Virus record (IMG/VR): IMGVR_UViG_2778261087_000003
Source: a virus
Lineage: Duplodnaviria > Heunggongvirae > Uroviricota > Caudoviricetes
Reading direction: 5' to 3' (one strand)
Length of the DNA stretch: 64,000 bases
Numbering within the stretch: position 1 is the first letter of the stretch; the number at the start of each line of letters is the position of its first letter. Made by a program: the position numbers and the translations under genes. Positions 61,613 to 64,000 of this stretch are shown one piece after another. The notes under the pieces are model-generated. The model was not told where the DNA came from and did no database searches. It saw only the letters and a program-made list of their open reading frames with translations.

Positions 61613-61882
61613 ATGGAAAGAAAAAACGCCAACATTGACGATGTTATAAGGACAGTTGAAACCGCCAGCGCAAAAGAGCTGGAAGAGCTTGCAGGTATCC
61701 GGGAAGCTGTTGAAGATTTGAAAGGGGGACGCGTTGCAACTGTTGATCCTGTCTCTCGCAGTGTGTCGGCATTAAATCGCACAATCGAAAATTCCCGGCC
61801 AGACTTTGTGGCCAATGCGCCATCAGTGGACCCTATTGTTGACGCAATGAAACGGCTTAATTTAGGGGACGTTTCTCGTTGA
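61613..61882 (+). CDS. Hypothetical small helical protein, 89 aa
   Basis: ORF upstream of cin. Confidence 0.35.
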   Translation: MERKNANIDDVIRTVETASAKELEELAGIREAVEDLKGGRVATVDPVSRSVSALNRTIENSRPDFVANAPSVDPIVDAMKRLNLGDVSR

Positions 61883-61957
61883 TGCGCCGCGCGATAAACG
61901 TACCTATTTCCGTGAGATAAATTACATCGCCGCGGCATTTCAATATCAGAAAAAGAA

Positions 61958-62530
61958 TTACAACTCAGCTTGAGTTTGAAGTTCCTCTACAGGGTGATAA
62001 CGATAAATCGTCGATATACCGATATCGTAAATAATTGCCAACTGTTTTCTGCTATAGCCATTTTTGATCAGCCTTGCTATTTGTTCATGTTGCTCTTTTG
62101 TCAGTTTCGGACGACGTCCACCAATACGCCCCTGTGCACGTGCTGCTTCAAGTCCGGCCAGTGTTCGTTCAACTATTAATTCACGCTCCATTTCCGCTAA
62201 AGCCCCCATGACGTGAAAAAAGAAACGTCCCATGGGTGTTGACGTATCAATGCTGTCTGTAAGACTACGGAAGTTAACCCCTTTTTCCCGCAGTTCCTCA
62301 ATAAGAGTGATGAGGTGTTTCATGCTTCTGCCCAGCCTGTCCAGCTTCCAGACAACGAGCGTATCTCCTTCTGATAACGTTCTGAGCAGCTTTTTCAATC
62401 CTGGTCTGGCTGACTTTGTTCCGCTGATTTTATCCTCAAAAATCAGTTCACATCCTGCGCAGTTCAGTGCGTTTCGTTGTAAATCTGTATTCTGGTCATT
62501 TGTTGACACACGAATGTAGCCAATTTGCAT
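61958..62530 (-). CDS. cin: Cin, serine DNA invertase of the C segment, 190 aa
   Basis: MQIGYIRVSTNDQNTDLQ ... resolvase/invertase N-terminus and C-terminal HTH; AGAGGA RBS at the internal start. Confidence 0.9.
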   Translation of the reverse strand: MQIGYIRVSTNDQNTDLQRNALNCAGCELIFEDKISGTKSARPGLKKLLRTLSEGDTLVVWKLDRLGRSMKHLITLIEELREKGVNFRSLTDSIDTSTPMGRFFFHVMGALAEMERELIVERTLAGLEAARAQGRIGGRRPKLTKEQHEQIARLIKNGYSRKQLAIIYDIGISTIYRYHPVEELQTQAEL

Positions 62531-62577
62531 GAAAAATATCCTCTTTGTTTTGTTAAAAATACATAGCTGGTATAGGT

Positions 62578-62603
62578 GGGAGTTAAGACGAAAACGTTGG
62601 TTT
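62578..62603. other. Probable cix crossover site at the cin-proximal edge of the invertible segment
   Basis: cgaaaacgttggtttgggagaa resembles gix/cix half-sites; boundary inferred. Confidence 0.3.
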
Positions 62604-62955
62604 GGGAGAAGCGGCGAAAAGGGATGTGGGCACAGGAGATAATCAGATACCGGATATGGGAGCATTCGCTTCTGGTTCGGGATGGTTCAGGCTACCAGGT
62701 GGATATATTGTTCAGTTTGGCACTTTTGCAGGAAACACGACCCGCTTTATCAGTGGACACTTCCCTATACCATTCCCTAATCAGCCGATGGTTTCAGTCA
62801 GTGTTATGTCTGATGCCGTTCAGTCAGACCCGTCGATTCCTGCCCCGCAGGTTTTGTCTGTAAATTTTGAACATATCAGTAATTCAGCGTGGCGTGTGGC
62901 AACCAGTGATATCTCACAGCAATACAGATTCAGTTATATTTCGATAGGACGGTAG
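62602..62955 (+). CDS. Sv', alternative variable C-terminal tail-fibre segment (lacks its own 5' constant part in this orientation)
   Basis: Tail-fibre tip-like sequence directly followed by a U'-type gene inside the invertible segment. Confidence 0.6.
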   Translation: MGEAAKRDVGTGDNQIPDMGAFASGSGWFRLPGGYIVQFGTFAGNTTRFISGHFPIPFPNQPMVSVSVMSDAVQSDPSIPAPQVLSVNFEHISNSAWRVATSDISQQYRFSYISIGR

Positions 62956-62957
62956 AA

Positions 62958-63398
62958 ATGCAGAAATATATTTTCAGTGCCGATAAAAATGCGTTTTTCC
63001 CTGTGGAGCTTAAAATCGCTTATCAGGAATCCGGCGAATGGCCCGATGATGGAATCGAAATTGACGACACTGTTGCCGCCGAATTTATGAAGGAAGCACC
63101 AGAAGGAAAATACAGAGGTGTCATCGACGGAATGCCAGCATGGATTGATATTCCACCACCAACACATGAAGAACAGATTGCAGCAGCTGAATTGCAAAAG
63201 CAGCAGTTGATTAATAAGGCCAACGCATACATAAACAGTAAGCAATGGCCTGGTAAAGCAGCTATTGGTCGTCTGAAAGGTGAGGAACTGGCGCAATATA
63301 ATTTGTGGCTGGATTATCTGGACGCACTGGAACTGGTCGATACTTCCGGTGCTCCAGATATTGAATGGCCTACGCCTCCGGCAGTTCAGGCCAGATGA
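62958..63398 (+). CDS. U', tail-fibre assembly protein (alternative copy), 146 aa
   Basis: Tfa-like protein; C-terminus paralogous to the convergent U gene. Confidence 0.7.
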   Translation: MQKYIFSADKNAFFPVELKIAYQESGEWPDDGIEIDDTVAAEFMKEAPEGKYRGVIDGMPAWIDIPPPTHEEQIAAAELQKQQLINKANAYINSKQWPGKAAIGRLKGEELAQYNLWLDYLDALELVDTSGAPDIEWPTPPAVQAR

Positions 63399-63972
63399 CA
63401 TCCGGCGCGGTGCTGGTATCTGTTGCCGTCACCGCGTCAATGTAATCCAGCACGGCGTTTAGTCGGGTGGTTTCTGTTTGCATCAGCTTCCGTCCGGCCT
63501 GTAATTTCAGCTGAATCAGACTAATGGAAGCCATTGCAGCATCAATCAGTGACTGGCGCTGTGCTTCTGCCGCTTCGACTGCGGCGCTATGTTGTGCCTC
63601 AGCATCGGTCACCCATTTCTCACCATCCCATTTATCGTATGGCGTTAACGGGGCGATAGTGGTTGTTTTTTCGGGGTAATCACCCGGAGTTGTGATTTCT
63701 TTGGCGTCTCCCGTTTCGGTGTTATAGATGATTTCACCGCGATGGTCTGGCACATACTCCCATGAGTTTAAATCTGCTGAACGGCAGATTGCATAACCAG
63801 CTTTATGTATACCTGGTGCATCTAAACAAGAACATGCCGGGATACCGACGCCAACAGCAAGATATTCAGTTGATGTGGAAAGATATTCCCGCGTCTTGCT
63901 GTCGTAGTTAAACACGGTCACATCACCCGCTACCGTGGCAATCAGTTCGCTGTTTAATTTTGCCTGTGCCAT
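63370..63972 (-). CDS. U: U, tail-fibre assembly protein, 200 aa
   Basis: Convergent with U'; shares the Tfa-type C-terminus (DVIWPELPEA versus DIEWPTPPA). Confidence 0.7.
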   Translation of the reverse strand: MAQAKLNSELIATVAGDVTVFNYDSKTREYLSTSTEYLAVGVGIPACSCLDAPGIHKAGYAICRSADLNSWEYVPDHRGEIIYNTETGDAKEITTPGDYPEKTTTIAPLTPYDKWDGEKWVTDAEAQHSAAVEAAEAQRQSLIDAAMASISLIQLKLQAGRKLMQTETTRLNAVLDYIDAVTATDTSTAPDVIWPELPEA

Positions 63973-64000
63973 TATGCAGCCCTCACAATGAAGTTAAATG

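Overview
The window reads as about 64 kb of a P1-like (Punavirus-type) phage-plasmid, identified by reading the ORF translations and DNA motifs directly; no database search was run. Recognisable landmarks, left to right: a low-GC SIR2-like gene next to ref/cre; loxP; the coi-c1 immunity region; pacB/pacA with the pac hexamer cluster; lpa; the phd-doc addiction module; LexA-boxed humD; hot; a roughly 15 kb leftward early operon of small proteins including ppp; a rightward baseplate-like operon; ban; three tRNAs within a repeat-rich block; tciA; bifunctional dmt; hrdC; a PAAR-like gene and a spanin-like pair; the plasmid replicon oriR-repA-incA; parA-parB-parS; head/sheath/tube-like late genes; a hok/mok-type toxin locus; repL/kilA; icd-ant; an AT-rich island of secreted proteins at the sim position; and cin with the invertible C segment (Sv', U', U). 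Sites matching the P1 C1 operator consensus (ATTGCTCTAATAAATTT) recur at about a dozen loci, and a second conserved motif marks four likely late promoters. The strongest candidates for accessory or novel content are the SIR2-like gene at 226..1530, the hok-like locus at 53.8-54.1 kb and the secreted-protein island at 57.9-59.3 kb. Gene names resting on position and protein length alone (mat, cra, lpa, head, sheath, tube, sim) are inference, and exact gene order relative to published P1 could not be verified from memory.
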